The notes under the pieces were generated by a model. That model was not told the origin of the DNA. It searched no databases and saw only the letters and a program-made list of their open reading frames with translations. 64,000 bases of DNA from Octopus bimaculoides (taxonomy: Eukaryota), in assembly GCF_001194135.2 (NCBI RefSeq), contig NC_068993.1, positions 11,160,351 through 11,224,350 of the forward strand, written 5' to 3'. The translations under genes and the position numbers were made by a program. Of the stretch, positions 12,945 through 25,706 are shown piece by piece (position 1 is the first letter of the stretch; each line of letters opens with the position of its first letter).

Positions 12945-13540
12945 NNNNNNNNNNNNNNNNNNNNNNNNNNNNNNNNNNNNNNNNNNNNNNNNNNNNNNNN
13001 NNNNNNNNNNNNNNNNNNNNNNNNNNNNNNNNNNNNNNNNNNNNNNNNNNNNNNNNNNNNNNNNNNNNNNNNNNNNNNNNNNNNNNNNNNNNNNNNNNNN
13101 NNNNNNNNNNNNNNNNNNNNNNNNNNNNNNNNNNNNNNNNNNNNNNNNNNNNNNNNNNNNNNNNNNNNNNNNNNNNNNNNNNNNNNNNNNNNNNNNNNNN
13201 NNNNNNNNNNNNNNNNNNNNNNNNNNNNNNNNNNNNNNNNNNNNNNNNNNNNNNNNNNNNNNNNNNNNNNNNNNNNNNNNNNNNNNNNNNNNNNNNNNNN
13301 NNNNNNNNNNNNNNNNNNNNNNNNNNNNNNNNNNNNNNNNNNNNNNNNNNNNNNNNNNNNNNNNNNNNNNNNNNNNNNNNNNNNNNNNNNNNNNNNNNNN
13401 NNNNNNNNNNNNNNNNNNNNNNNNNNNNNNNNNNNNNNNNNNNNNNNNNNNNNNNNNNNNNNNNNNNNNNNNNNNNNNNNNNNNNNNNNNNNNNNNNNNN
13501 NNNNNNNNNNNNNNNNNATATATATATATATATATATATA

Positions 13541-14540
13541 CAGTACTGTTCAAAAGTCTTCGGCCACTTCAATTGTCAATTTGTACTAATTGCCAAAGTG
13601 GATGTTTCGCATCGCGTTTTTTACAGGTAAAACATTGGCCCTGTTGGAGTCAATTCCATACCTAATTATTATATTTTGTAATAGAGGTTCTAATAAACGA
13701 AGATTTGTCAGAAGGCCTCTAGGAAAGGGAAACGACCCACGTGAAATGACAAAAACTGATGTTTGTGGGTAAGAGTCTGATGCTTTTGGGATACATAACA
13801 AGCGATGATTCAAGAAAGATGGTTAACATTGACGGTAATTTGAATAGTGCCAAATACATCCAGTTAGTGAAGGACAATTTGATACCAGACTTGGGTGAAG
13901 CTAAGATCTTTCAGCATGACGGAACTCTATGCCACAGATCGCGGGCAACGCAACAGAATCTGGCTGATGTTGGTGTTACCGTATTGAAAGATTGGCTCTC
14001 TCATAGCTCTGAGTTAAATATCACCGAGCAAATGTGGACAGAACTAAAGAGGAAAGTTTGTCAGAAGAATCCACGCAATCTTGATGAGTTGTGGGAGTTC
14101 AGTCACAGTGAATGGCATCTCATACCTGTGAAGATGGTGAAGGGTTTGTACGCATCTCTTCTCAGGCGCATTGAAGCAATTATTCAAGCTAAAGGAAACC
14201 ACACGAAATATTAATGATGTACAGTAACTTCTTGAAATGAACCTTAAGTAATATGTTTCAATTATAGACGTTTTTTTTCTGTTTTAAGACACTGTATCAT
14301 GATTGGTTTATGTGAGTTGGCCGAAAACTTTTGCTGTGCCATTTTTGGTGGTTGTCTCGCATCTTCCCCTCCTCTCATTCAGAACCCCTACTACAAAATA
14401 TAATGATTAGGTATGCAAATGGCTCCAACAGGGCCAATATTTCATCTGTAAAAAACGCAATGCGAAACATCCAATTATAAGTTGGCAATTAGTAGAAATT
14501 GACAATAGTTTAATGTGGTCGAAGACTTCAGCACGCACTC
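13541..14540 (+). mobile_element. Internally deleted Tc1-family transposon with long inverted repeats
   Basis: Starts TA|CAGTACTGTTCAAAAGTCTTCGGCCACT. 13551-13691 is repeated in inverted form at 14381-14528. The element ends ...gcactc|TA. A transposase remnant lies between the repeats. Confidence 0.85.
13685..14214 (+). pseudogene. Tc1 transposase remnant (DDE domain lacking N-terminus and first Asp; one frameshift)
   Basis: GSNKRRFVRRP...GKSLMLLGYI...DGNLNSAKYI...IFQHDG...DWLSHSSELNITEQMW...EAIIQAKGNHTKY*. Confidence 0.92.
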
Positions 14541-14571
<31 letters not shown>

Positions 14572-15204
14572 NNNNNNNNNNNNNNNNNNNNNNNNNNNNN
14601 NNNNNNNNNNNNNNNNNNNNNNNNNNNNNNNNNNNNNNNNNNNNNNGTGTGTGTGTGTGTGTGTGCCTATGATATATTCATGTACACACCTATGTGCGTA
14701 AACGAATACATAACTAGATACACGCACAATATAAACACAAATATACACGCACACAAGAACATTTAGAAAGTTGTGCATACGCAAATACACTCATACATAC
14801 ATATATACATCTATCCATCCATCTATCCATCGATAAATACATACATGCATACATATATCTGAAAATAATAGACCGCATATATCGTTGTTTTAGACAGATG
14901 AGAAAAAGTATGTATCGTCATGGAGACAAGTTACTCAGCTGATGTGAATATCTCTTCGAAAATCAAAGAGAAAGAAGATAAATACGGAGAACTGCTCCGA
15001 AACCTCCAGCTTCAAATTATAAATTCACATTCATAGCAATAACTGGTGCGTTTGATTCTTTGAATAAATGTCCACGTGACCACCTAGGCAAGAAATCATC
15101 CAGCTGACACGCACATTACGGATGTAGTCTAAATGGAGAAGAAAAAATGTGCAAGACCGTTCTCATGTTCTAAAGGTGAGTTTATTTTTGTTATCTACAT
15201 TCTA

Positions 15205-15358
15205 GGCTCTGGCGTGGGTATGTGGTGGGAATCTTTAGTTCTCAACCACATGGTTCCGGTTTCAATCCCACTGTGTGGCAATTTGGGTAAGTGTCTTCTA
15301 CTAAAAACCTTCGAATAAAACCTTGTCAGTGGAAACTGAAAGAACCCTGTCGTGTATA
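15205..15358 (+). mobile_element. SINE family 1, 5' half ending in (TA)n
   Basis: caaccacatggttccggtttcaatcccactgtgtggc...gggtaagtgtcttctac...ggaaactgaaagaacc. Confidence 0.8.
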
Positions 15359-15730
15359 TATATATATATATATATATAGTAATAATAATATTAGGGAATA
15401 AAAAATTTATTCCAACCTTACAGGCAAAAATCGGTATAATATTACACCAGGTTTCCTAATATATAATCGATATGTACATAACTAATTTAGAGACGAACCA
15501 CCACTCTACGACTCAGTCAACTCAGAACCCGTCGAAATCCATGCTGTGAGGTATATACCTTCTTACTATATCTATGATTTTAATCTAAAAATTTAAATGA
15601 ATTAATATATTACATAAGTAAATCATGTAATTAATAGAAATAAATCATAGAAATGTTAATTTAAAAGAATTTAAAAGTTAAAATTATAAATTGGACAGAA
15701 ACAATTAATACGATAATATACAGTATAGAT

Positions 15731-15870
15731 GCTTGTTCCTGAGCTGCGTATATGAGTGCTTCTGGCTCTATCATCAGGTCACTCCTCCTCATCCATAGCC
15801 ACCGGTCCTCTGTATCTGTCTTGGCGTTCACATCTCTTGCAAACTGACCCTACATTTTCTTTCCCTTCCA
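15731..15870 (-). mobile_element. R4/Dong-like (RLE) LINE fragment, post-RT region
   Basis: Minus translation WKGKKM*GQFARDVNAKTDTEDRWLWMRRSDLMIEPEALIYAAQEQA is homologous to the 38025 fragment (TEALIVAAQDQA). Confidence 0.8.
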
Positions 15871-16670
15871 TGCTTTTTCTTATGGTTAAGGTCATGTGTT
15901 TAGAATTATCCAAGGAAATATATCTTATCATATGAGAATTATTACTGGATTTATATACTAGCCATTGAATAACATATTTTGAATATCTAACTGTGAGCAA
16001 ACATATACACACACCCACGTGAGTATATATTCAAAAAGAAAAGAAATACATTGTAGATCTGAGAATAGCTCCTACTTCGTTGATTCGACATAATCTGGAT
16101 TCTGCAATATTCCGGACATTTCTATCCACTGTAGTCTCTACTTATGTTAATAAAACGTGCGCATATCTTATTACTCTGTTAAGAATATCACCAATACAAA
16201 AACAAGAGCAAAAAAGAATGAAATTGTAAATGTCATGTTATTTCACGTCGTATGGAGTCCGTAACACACAATTTAACTTCTTTTTTTCCTGTCTGAAATG
16301 CAATTAACGATAGCTTGTATAGCGTAGAATATTATTTCTGCATATCCACTCAGTATAGTACCTCACTAATAATTATAGGATATATGCTGACTTAAAGGGA
16401 ACACACTCCTGTGTCTAGTTTCGCAAGAAAGAAAAGACAAAAGCATAGTTATATACATATATATTGTCCAGCGAAGCTTTTGATTTTATAGGTTGCAATA
16501 AATCATAATTATAAGCTCATTATATTTTCATATCGTACCGATTCTATAACAGCGATTTTATTTTTCATTCCTCGTTGTATTAATTGACCTTTACTATAGT
16601 TTTTACACACCATCAGGAGCAACATAAATACCATGTTGAGCAAGGAATATTATTTCACATTTTCCTAAAT

Positions 16671-16810
16671 ATATGGCAGTGTGCCTAAGAAGCTCAGTTT
16701 GCAACCAAACACCGCTTCAAGTTCAATGCCACTGTGAATGTGTGGCAGGTTGGGCATCTTTTACGTTTGTTCCGGGTCAAGTAATGCATTGTGAGTGAAT
16801 TTGGTAGAGA
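16671..16810 (+). mobile_element. Diverged SINE family 1, 5' part
   Basis: ggcagtgtgcctaagaagctcagtttgcaacc...gttcaatgccactgtg...tgtgagtgaatttggtaga. Confidence 0.6.
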
Positions 16811-16874
16811 GAAATTGTGTATTTGGGTATTTGGTGTAGAAGAATATCGAAAATACGATGAAAGGAGCGTTACC

Positions 16875-16940
16875 CACAATGCTAAGCAGTAGGATCGAAA
16901 CTATGACCTTGTGATTGCGAAGCGAACTTTTTGACCATTC
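16875..16940 (-). mobile_element. tRNA-derived SINE head fragment
   Basis: Reverse complement contains B-box-like GTTTCGATCC and resembles the family-1 head. Confidence 0.5.
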
Positions 16941-17000
16941 ATTCGTACAAAGTTATATAGAAGCAGGCAAAACGTTATGCTTATGAAGCTCGCGGGTCCA

Positions 17001-17110
17001 TAGACAAGTGTCTTCTACTAACCATAGCGTTCGATCAATCCATACATTATGAGTGAATTTGGTAGACGGAAACTGTATGGAAGCCCGTCATATAATATAT
17101 ATATATATAT

Positions 17111-17149
<39 letters not shown>

Positions 17150-17332
17150 CGTGTGTGTGTCTGTGTTTATGTTTGTCCACCTCTTGCTTACGTGTAGACT
17201 TGCTTAGGTCCCAATGACGTACCAGTACCGCAAAGAAACCAATAAATTAAGTAGAGACTTTAAAAATCCCTATAAGAAATAGGGCGGGTGTGTGCTCCAG
17301 CATGGCTGCTGTCCAATATCCAAAACAAGGAG
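17001..17332 (+). mobile_element. 5'-truncated SINE family 1 with internal (TA)/(TG)n
   Basis: acaagtgtcttctact...gagtgaatttggtagacggaaactg...aagcccgtc...(TG)n...gtgctccagcatggctgc. Confidence 0.75.
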
Positions 17333-17861
17333 AAGACGCAAATCAAACGATATAAGATTTAGTGCCCAATCATGTCTGCCCAATCCTATTGGGAAAATAA
17401 TGTCAATGGAATATGTAAGTAGAGAACATTTTCAGACTTCCCTGATTCATTTCAGACCCAAATGCGGTGAACGTTCCTCAATGGACAGGAAACAATATGG
17501 TGATTCATAAATAAACGATAATTGAAATTAACTATAAAATACTAAACTGTACAATTGATGTAACCAATTATGAGATAATCTATTTTGTTGTCTCGACTTG
17601 GTAACGCTTTGGGTTAAAATCTACGTTAATGAGAACAGCTGCTCGGGAAATACATAATAGCAATCTTCAAAAACTTGCTCTTCCGACATTTTTCACCTTT
17701 CAACCGAAAGCAATATGAAATTTAAATAAGTATATATATGTGCGTGCGTGTGTACGTGTGTGCGTGTGTACGTGTGTGCGTATGTGCATGTGTGTATTTC
17801 TTTATAAGTATATGTCCATATAAGTATAGTGATGAATTGTATTTGTTGGACATTAGTTCCC

Positions 17862-18060
17862 TCCTTCCATCCATCATCAAACCGACGGTGTCCGAACAGG
17901 TGTATGTTGTGCCACGCGTCTGGTGGCACAGTGATCGCAGCTCCACGTGAGATGAAATGCTTTGATCAAAAAACATAACGCACCTCTCCATACAAGAATT
18001 GAAACTATGATCTCGTGATCGTGAGTACAACGACCTAAACACTTAGCCAAGTGCGGTCAC
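17862..18060 (-). mobile_element. tRNA-derived CORE-like SINE (family 2 head, distinct tail)
   Basis: Reverse complement: cttggctaagtgtttagg...atagtttcaattc...gcgttatgtttttgatcaaagcatttcatctcacgt, homologous to the 56368 copy through the central domain, then different. Confidence 0.7.
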
Positions 18061-18195
18061 AAGTGATTTTCATACATACATTGATACATACAAACACATA
18101 CTCACATACATGCATACATCCAAATACACATAATACATACATACGCACGCTCACACATACACGTGCGTATATATGTGTATAAAATAAAATATATA

Positions 18196-18245
<50 letters not shown>

Positions 18246-18783
18246 NNNNNNNNNNNNNNNNNNNNNNNNNNNNNNNNNNNNNNNNNNNNNNNNNNNNNNN
18301 NNNNNNNNNNNNNNNNNNNNNNNNNNNNNNNNNNNNNNNNNNNNNNNNNNNNNNNNNNNNNNNNNNNNNNNNNNNNNNNNNNNNNNNNNNNNNNNNNNNN
18401 NNNNNNNNNNNNNNNNNNNNNNNNNNNNNNNNNNNNNNNNNNNNNNNNNNNNNNNNNNNNNNNNNNNNNNNNNNNNNNNNNNNNNNNNNNNNNNNNNNNN
18501 NNNNNNNNNNNNNNNNNNNNNNNNNNNNNNNNNNNNNNNNNNNNNNNNNNNNNNNNNNNNNNNNNNNNNNNNNNNNNNNNNNNNNNNNNNNNNNNNNNNN
18601 NNNNNNNNNNNNNNNNNNNNNNNNNNNNNNNNNNNNNNNNNNNNNNNNNNNNNNNNNNNNNNNNNNNNNNNNNNNNNNNNNNNNNNNNNNNNNNNNNNNN
18701 NNNNNNNNNNNNNNNNNNNNNNNNNNNNNNNNNNNNNNNNNNNNNNNNNNNNNNNNNNNNNNNNNNNNNNNNNNNNNNNNNNN

Positions 18784-18822
<39 letters not shown>

Positions 18823-20036
18823 ATATATCTATGTCTGTCTGCCTCTCTCTCTCTCTCTCTCTCACTCTCTAGAGAGAGTGTGTATGTGTATGCGTGTGTA
18901 TGCGTGTGAAAGAGAAACAGAGAGATAAAGATACATATACATGTATGTGTTTGTAAATTTGCTGTTGCGTGATTTCTCCTGATCTTCGGATTAAATCATT
19001 ATGTAACCTATGACATAAGTTGACCAAGACTATTACGATCAGACAGAATATAAGAAAATCATTAAGACCAGACGGAAATCTGTTAATAATTTATCATTTG
19101 CAAATTCTTTAAATACTATCTCGAGTTAATCTGGAATCGTTCGTACAGATTATATTTCAAACTAGAGAGAAAACGAGCAGAAATTAAATTGTATAGCGAT
19201 CGTCTGCTTGTTTTCTTTTTTGATATCATGGACAAAATGCGTCATAAGTAAGACAATAGGAAACTAAGCTTAATATTTAAGCTGGGGAATATAATCCGTG
19301 ATTACTACCGTTTCAAGAGGTAAAACTTATATTAGTGTTCATAATAGAAAGGCCATTGAACAACCTGCAGTTGAAGCAATGTCACATCTTACGTTCAACC
19401 AAATTTTCTTCTAAATCTGCTTATTGGCGACTATTTAGATATAAACTTTTCCGGTTTTTAGTCGTACCATCCGTTTATACATTTTAATTTCATAAGTAAT
19501 AGGTAGTCCATCCAGCTTAAATTAGGTGTGTTGGTCAGGTAGCCTTAAGCTGCAATTATTATCAAGCGATACCATGTCATGTTGATAATACATGCTCTCT
19601 GCATCGTCTGACAAAATGATCGTCTGCTTTTGTACATGCACTACCGTATCACGTCATTCCACCGTATCAGTGGATCATCTGTATTAGCCCAGCACCGCAC
19701 CAAATGCCAGAAATTGAATCAGTCGAATCGTTATAGCATAATAATAGCCAAAGGGTCAGTGATGCCACAAAAGCCTGCTGGGCTACGACTAACTTAGCGA
19801 TATTAGCAACATTTGTAATGAGTAATAATTAACACATCAATTTTATAATTGATTGAAATGGCATGAGGTGAAATAAACACTTGAGATGCTTTGCCTCAGG
19901 CAACAACTGCAGAGGTTACCTAAAGATATGCAAGTTGTTCTCTAGATAGGAACTAAGTCTTCTGTAACGCTGGAAACCCTCCCAGTTTTTCAACGGGTGT
20001 CTTAAATTCAAAAGCGTTTTACCTCTTCGTCTATAA

Positions 20037-20281
20037 AAGTGGTTGTCAACCAGGGCTATATGGCCCATGGAGGTTCATAAAAGCTTTAGTTGTTAAAAAT
20101 TGGTTATACATCTACAAAAACCCAAAATATTTAAAGAATTTTCTTATACTATTTCTAATAATATTTACGTAAGCGTAAAATATATTGGGATTTTTTTAAA
20201 GCGTCAAATGGTTTATGGAGGTTCGGTAGCGTTAAATAGGAATCAAAGGGTCTGTGGGTAAAAAATAGCTGAAAATTCCTG
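20037..20281. mobile_element. Degraded hAT-like MITE
   Basis: Begins (a)agtggttgtcaaccaggg, similar to CAGTGGTTCTCAACC-type hAT ends. The other end tagctgaaaattcctg is only weakly complementary. Confidence 0.4.
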
Positions 20282-21130
20282 GTCTCTACGCTTCCCTTGG
20301 GTGAGGCTCTGAGAACGAAATAAGACTTAGCCTGCAGAAGACAGCAGTGGTCTCTTGTCAATCACTCCTGGCTGAAAATGGTTTTAGCTGCCATAGCTTG
20401 ATGGCTTTCTTTAGTAAACGACATAATCTGTGTTTTAGTAGAACCGTTACAGCAACAAATAGAATTACTTGCGTATTTAGTTATATAATTTTTTCGTCCT
20501 GCGTTCAAATTCCAATAACTATGATCTGCAGTGTTTATAATTTGGAGTAGCAGTGAAGTACTGATATCAGTGGATATTCCAATAATATATCTTTGTAAGA
20601 ATGAGATCGTAATTAACATTAAGAAACTGACATGAGAAAGCACAAGTCCTCATAGACCTTTATCATCTTAGTTGTATCTTAATATCCATTAAAAATGTTT
20701 TCTATGGAAATAGACTTTAGATATTTAGTTATGTGTATCATGACATGGGATGTTGTCACGTTTCTGCTTTCTATGAGAGTTTATTTGGTGAACGTGAACC
20801 GAAACCAAATAATTTTCAAATGCGAATAAGTTTGATGAAGTATTAAATTCATCGGTCTCTATCCTCAACATTACAACTGAGACCTCAATACTGTAATGAT
20901 CTGCTTTCCTGTATTCGGACTTATAATGCAGAGAAATATGACGGTACATAATCATATGCTATTGGATGATAATTATTGACAAAAATCATATGACATACAG
21001 TTCAAGCGATAACGGAAAAAAAAGTTTGAAAAACATATCACATTCAGTACTGAAAATATCACAAATTTGAAATATGTAGAACACATTGGAGCACAATGAC
21101 GTACTATAGTACTCAATCACGTAGTGTGAT

Positions 21131-21268
21131 GCACAACAGCACATAATAGTCTCAGCAGCTTCCAATAGTGCACAACAGAGCACAACAGCATACAGTAGCG
21201 TACGCAGCGCACAAAACTGCACAATGGCGCACAACAGCGCACAATGGCGCACAACAGCGCACAATGGC
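21131..21268. repeat. 10/20-bp GC-rich minisatellite (GCACAACAGC/GCACAATGGC)
   Basis: ...cacaatggcg cacaacagcg cacaatggcg cacaacagcg cacaatgg, with degenerate copies upstream. Confidence 0.85.
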
Positions 21269-21624
21269 TACTAATGGCAGACCGCTTAATTTTCATTTGA
21301 CGAGGGTTAACGTTAATACAAGAAGTGTGAAGTAGTAAATACTAATTGTATCTAGTAAGCTTTTTCTTGTTTTTCTTCAACCACCATAAAAAAAACAAAA
21401 GAGTGTTTTGTGGAAGGGAATTAGTTTCAGTAAGAAGCTGAAACTGCGTTAACAATGTCGGTGAGATAGTGGTCTTAGCAGCTGTTCTCTGGTGCTCATC
21501 GCTAAAATGTTTCTAACATATTAATACAGTAAAGATCATAGATAATACTTAGTCAATATTCAGCAACAATAGCAGATATTCTGATATAATAAAAACACTA
21601 AGAAACGGAAAACGAAAAACAAAA

Positions 21625-21635
21625 CAACACAGATA

Positions 21636-21668
<33 letters not shown>

Positions 21669-21704
21669 ACAACAATAATAATAATAATAATAATGATGAT
21701 GATG

Positions 21705-21762
<58 letters not shown>

Positions 21763-21790
21763 TAATAATAATAATAATAATAATATTCAT
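21625..21790. repeat. (AAT)n microsatellite with AAC/GAT interruptions
   Basis: Directly visible. Confidence 0.95.
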
Positions 21791-23247
21791 AACAAAAGAG
21801 TAAGAAAATAACAAGTAAAAAATAACTATTCAGCTAACAAACGGGTAAGGTTAGGCTCTATAATCATAATTACAGATTATAGTAATAGGAATCTAGCCAT
21901 AAGCAATGTTGGATGAACCACACTTTTAACGGTCGTTTTTTTCTCTCTTTTATTTAACGCATTTCGTTATTGTTGTTTTCGTTATTGTTGTAATGATTAC
22001 TAATGTTTTGATGTTATTTTTGTTTTGTTTTGTTATTTAAAAAAAAAAATCTTTTGATTACTTTTCATAGTGGCTTTTTATTTGTTTAATTATTTATTTA
22101 TTTGCTGTTATTTTTATTTTTCTATTTTTACAAACCGATTTTTGTTCAAAGGAAAATTAGCACCTATTAAATAAAACAACCCGGAGCCAACAACAAACTT
22201 TCTTCAAATCGATATTTTCATGTGTTGCAGCGATATTTTCAGTAATTGCCCGCTTTAAGAACTNNNNNNNNNNTACTAATGTTTTGATGTTATTTTTGTT
22301 TTGTTTTGTTATTTAAAAAAAAAAAATAATAATAAAAAATTCCATTTTTTTTTCACTATTTAATGCTACGTTCAACAACGTGTATTTTACTGACATGGCA
22401 TTGTAAAACCATGATTATCTTCAAGAAAAAGGATTTTAGTGAGAAAACAGTCTTCTTCCTTCCACTATCTGTTTTGTAAAGATCTTTGAAAACCAATCAA
22501 GCTTGCTTTTGTTTTGTAGGTTTTGGATAATCAATGCATTTTTAATCGAAGTCTGACCGTTTTTAAAACATTTACAATGACATATCTGCCCTTAAGATGA
22601 TCTCTAATTTGAGAATTTACTTACTTTAATTTTGTGTTGATATTCGCTGGTTTCTTTTGATAATGTGAAATAAAATGCTCGCATTGTAAGATTAAAAAAA
22701 AAAATGGAAAACCGGAATAGAATGAACAGGCTTTTCATAAGTTGAATAATAACAACGACAGCAACAACGAGAAGAACAACAAGAGCAACAGATGTTATTT
22801 GAATATTTTCTATAATATTTGGAAATATAGCATATGGCTGAGAAGATAAGGTACTGTCTAATTACCATCTGATGTGTTTTAGATTGATATCCCAATTTCA
22901 CCATTATTTGTTTCAAAACAAGAGAAATAAAAATAAAAGGAGAAAACGTCACACCCTTAGTAATTTCTGTCTATCAAGTTGCATAGTATTTTAACCCTAG
23001 GCTGGGTCTGACAGAGCAGAATTACCAGCAAAGGTGTACAAACACTGACCATCCAACTTTTCACTGTGTAACTGTGACGGCATTGATCTAACGTGTTGTA
23101 ATTCTTAGGAACTTTAGCTGTACTTTATAGGACATCGAGGATTCACCTTACGGATTTTGCAGTTGGTTTTCTTCACCTTATAGACAATATTTGTAAGAAA
23201 GTACTTAAAGAACGTGCACAATGTAACTACCTTCCGAGGAATGGGAA

Positions 23248-23438
23248 TTGGCGGTATTTCGTCTGCGGTTACGTTCTGAGTTCAAATTCCGCCGAGGTCG
23301 ACTTTGCCTTTCATCCTTTCGGGGTCGATAAATTAAGTACCTGTTACGCACTGGGGTCGTTGTAATCGATTGAATCCCTTTGTCTGTCCTTGTTTGTTCC
23401 CTCTGTGTTCAGCCCCTTTTGGGTAATAAAGAAATAAG
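23248..23438 (+). mobile_element. 5'-truncated SINE family 3 with Deu/Nin-like central domain
   Basis: gagttcaaattcc (B box), then gtcgactttgcctttcatcctttcggggtcgataaattaagtacc, which resembles the Deu/Nin domain motif. Tail ...agccccttttgggtaataaagaaat. Confidence 0.8.
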
Positions 23439-23551
23439 ATATGTGGCTTGTGTCTAAGGTATGTGTTTGAAGAATTTTTGAACATACGAAACTATTAGTA
23501 GGCATATAAAAATATGTATTCTGTCTATTAAATAATATCTATAATTATATC

Positions 23552-23615
<64 letters not shown>

Positions 23616-24581
23616 CCTATATATATNNNNNNNNNNNNNNNNNNNNNNNNNNNNNNNNNNNNNNNNNNNNNNNNNNNNNNNNNNNNNNNNNNNNNNNNNN
23701 NNNNNNNNNNNNNNNNNNNNNNNNNNNNNNNNNNNNNNNNNNNNNNNNNNNNNNNNNNNNNNNNNNNNNNNNNNNNNNNNNNNNNNNNNNNNNNATATAT
23801 ATATATATATATATAAATAATGCGTGTGTGAGTGTGTATCCATGGTCGAGTATGGGAGAGGGGGAGAGAGAGGGAGAGAGACAGGGAAAGATAGAAGGTG
23901 GAGAAAGAGAAGCGTGTGAGCCCACAGATGCAAGGAAGAGAAAAATATTATTCCAGTAACAACTGTATGGTAAAACGTAGTGTTTATGTAAATCTGTCGA
24001 TTTCCACGACCACTTTTTCCCATTTGACATAAGCGTAAACTTTTGGAATAATACAAACATTTAATATAGCACCAAGCTTCATAAACTGTTATACGATTCC
24101 AAAAGTTCACACCAGTCTGATGATCGGTGACGTGAAACACGGCGCTACAGTTTGTGACGTTTTCCAACTTCAATAAAACATTATATGGTGTATGTTTATG
24201 TTTTTGTGTGTGTGTGTGAATATGTTTATGTGTGTCTATGAGTATGTGCGTATGTGTGTATGTGTTTAAGTATGTTTATATAATTCAAAGCAACATATAA
24301 ACAGTTGAAAACAGTACAGACACACAGCATGCAAAGAACAAAGCGCGAGGATAAAAGTGTTAGTTTAATGCGTAAATGAAAAGAGAAGAGGCACTTTAAA
24401 GTTTCGGATATTAGTTTTTAATCTGAAAGAAGAGGAAACGAAAGGGAAATACCGACAGAGGGATACAGTCGGAGAGAGAAAAGTAGAAAGAAAGAGAGAG
24501 AGAGAGAAATAGAGAGAGAGAGAGAGAGAGAAAGGGTAAGTTATAAATATACGTATAATATATAACATATACATATAATAT

Positions 24582-25060
24582 GTGGAGGCGCATTGGCCCA
24601 GTGTTTAGGGCAGTGGACTCGCGGTCACAGGATCATGATTTCAATTCTCAGACCAGGTTTTGTGAGTGTTTATTGAGTGAAAACTCCTAAAGTTCCACGA
24701 GGCTCCGGCAGGGTGTGGTGGCGAACCCTACTGTATTCTTCCACCACAACTTTCTCTCACTCTTCCTTCCTGTTTCTGTTGTACCTGTAATTCAAAGGGT
24801 TCAGCCTTGTCGCACTCTGTGTCACGCTGACCCTCCCCGAGAACGACGTCTATGTTTGTACTCCTACCATCTCTTGACAATCGATGTCGGTGTGTTTACG
24901 TCCCCGTAACGTAGCAGTTCGGCGAAAGAGACCAATATGATAAATATTAGGCTTACAAAGAATAAGTCCTGGGGTCAATTTCTTTGACTAAACCCTTTAA
25001 GGAAGTGCTCCAGCATGGCTGCAATCAAACGACTGAAACAAGTAAAGGAGTAAAAGAATA
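24582..25060 (+). mobile_element. Chimeric tRNA-derived SINE (family 4 5' part fused to family 1 3' half)
   Basis: tRNA-like head (tggcccagtgtttagg...atttcaattctc). 24700-24790 matches 45447-45565(-). From ~24850 it matches the family-1 3' half and tail. Confidence 0.8.
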
Positions 25061-25668
25061 TATACATATATATAAATAAATATACAGGGATTAGCATTGA
25101 GTTGCTTCTCCAACATACTGAAAATTTAGAAATAGCAGTCAAAGAACTACTGATTCTAAACTACAAATTATGTGAAAGACACCTAGAGAAGGGTGTTAGC
25201 TATGGAATGACTAGAGTTACTTTTTAATAGTGAATGGCGAGAAAGAAAAAATAACGGAATTTGAAAAGATCACTCTACGCACTCACATACACACGGAAAC
25301 ACACACGTACACAGACACACAGACACAGACACACAGACACAGACACACACACACACACNNNNNNNNNNNNNNNNNNNNNNNNNNNNNNNNNNNNNNNNNN
25401 NNNNNNNNNNNNNNNNNNNNNNNNNNNNNNNNNNNNNNNNNNNNNNNNNNNNNNNNNNNNNNNNNNNNNNNNNNNNNNNNNNNNNNNNNNNNNNNNNNNN
25501 NNNNNNNNNNNNNNNNNNNNNNNNNNNNNNNNNNNNNNNNNNNNNNNNNNNNNNNNNNNNNNNNNNNNNNNNNNNNNNNNNNNNNNNNNNNNNNNNNNNN
25601 NNNNNNNNNNNNNNNNNNNNNNNNNNNNNNNNNNNNNNNNNNNNNNNNNNNNNNNNNNNNNNNNNNNN

Positions 25669-25706
<38 letters not shown>

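Noticed and set aside
15395-15580. Repeat-like segment that might be another Penelope terminus
   Set aside because: There is no second copy in the window and no hammerhead core in the right order, so it cannot be supported.
24117-24150. CTGATGA...GAAAC hammerhead-like spacing
   Set aside because: The stem II closing pair is mismatched, and stems I and III do not form.
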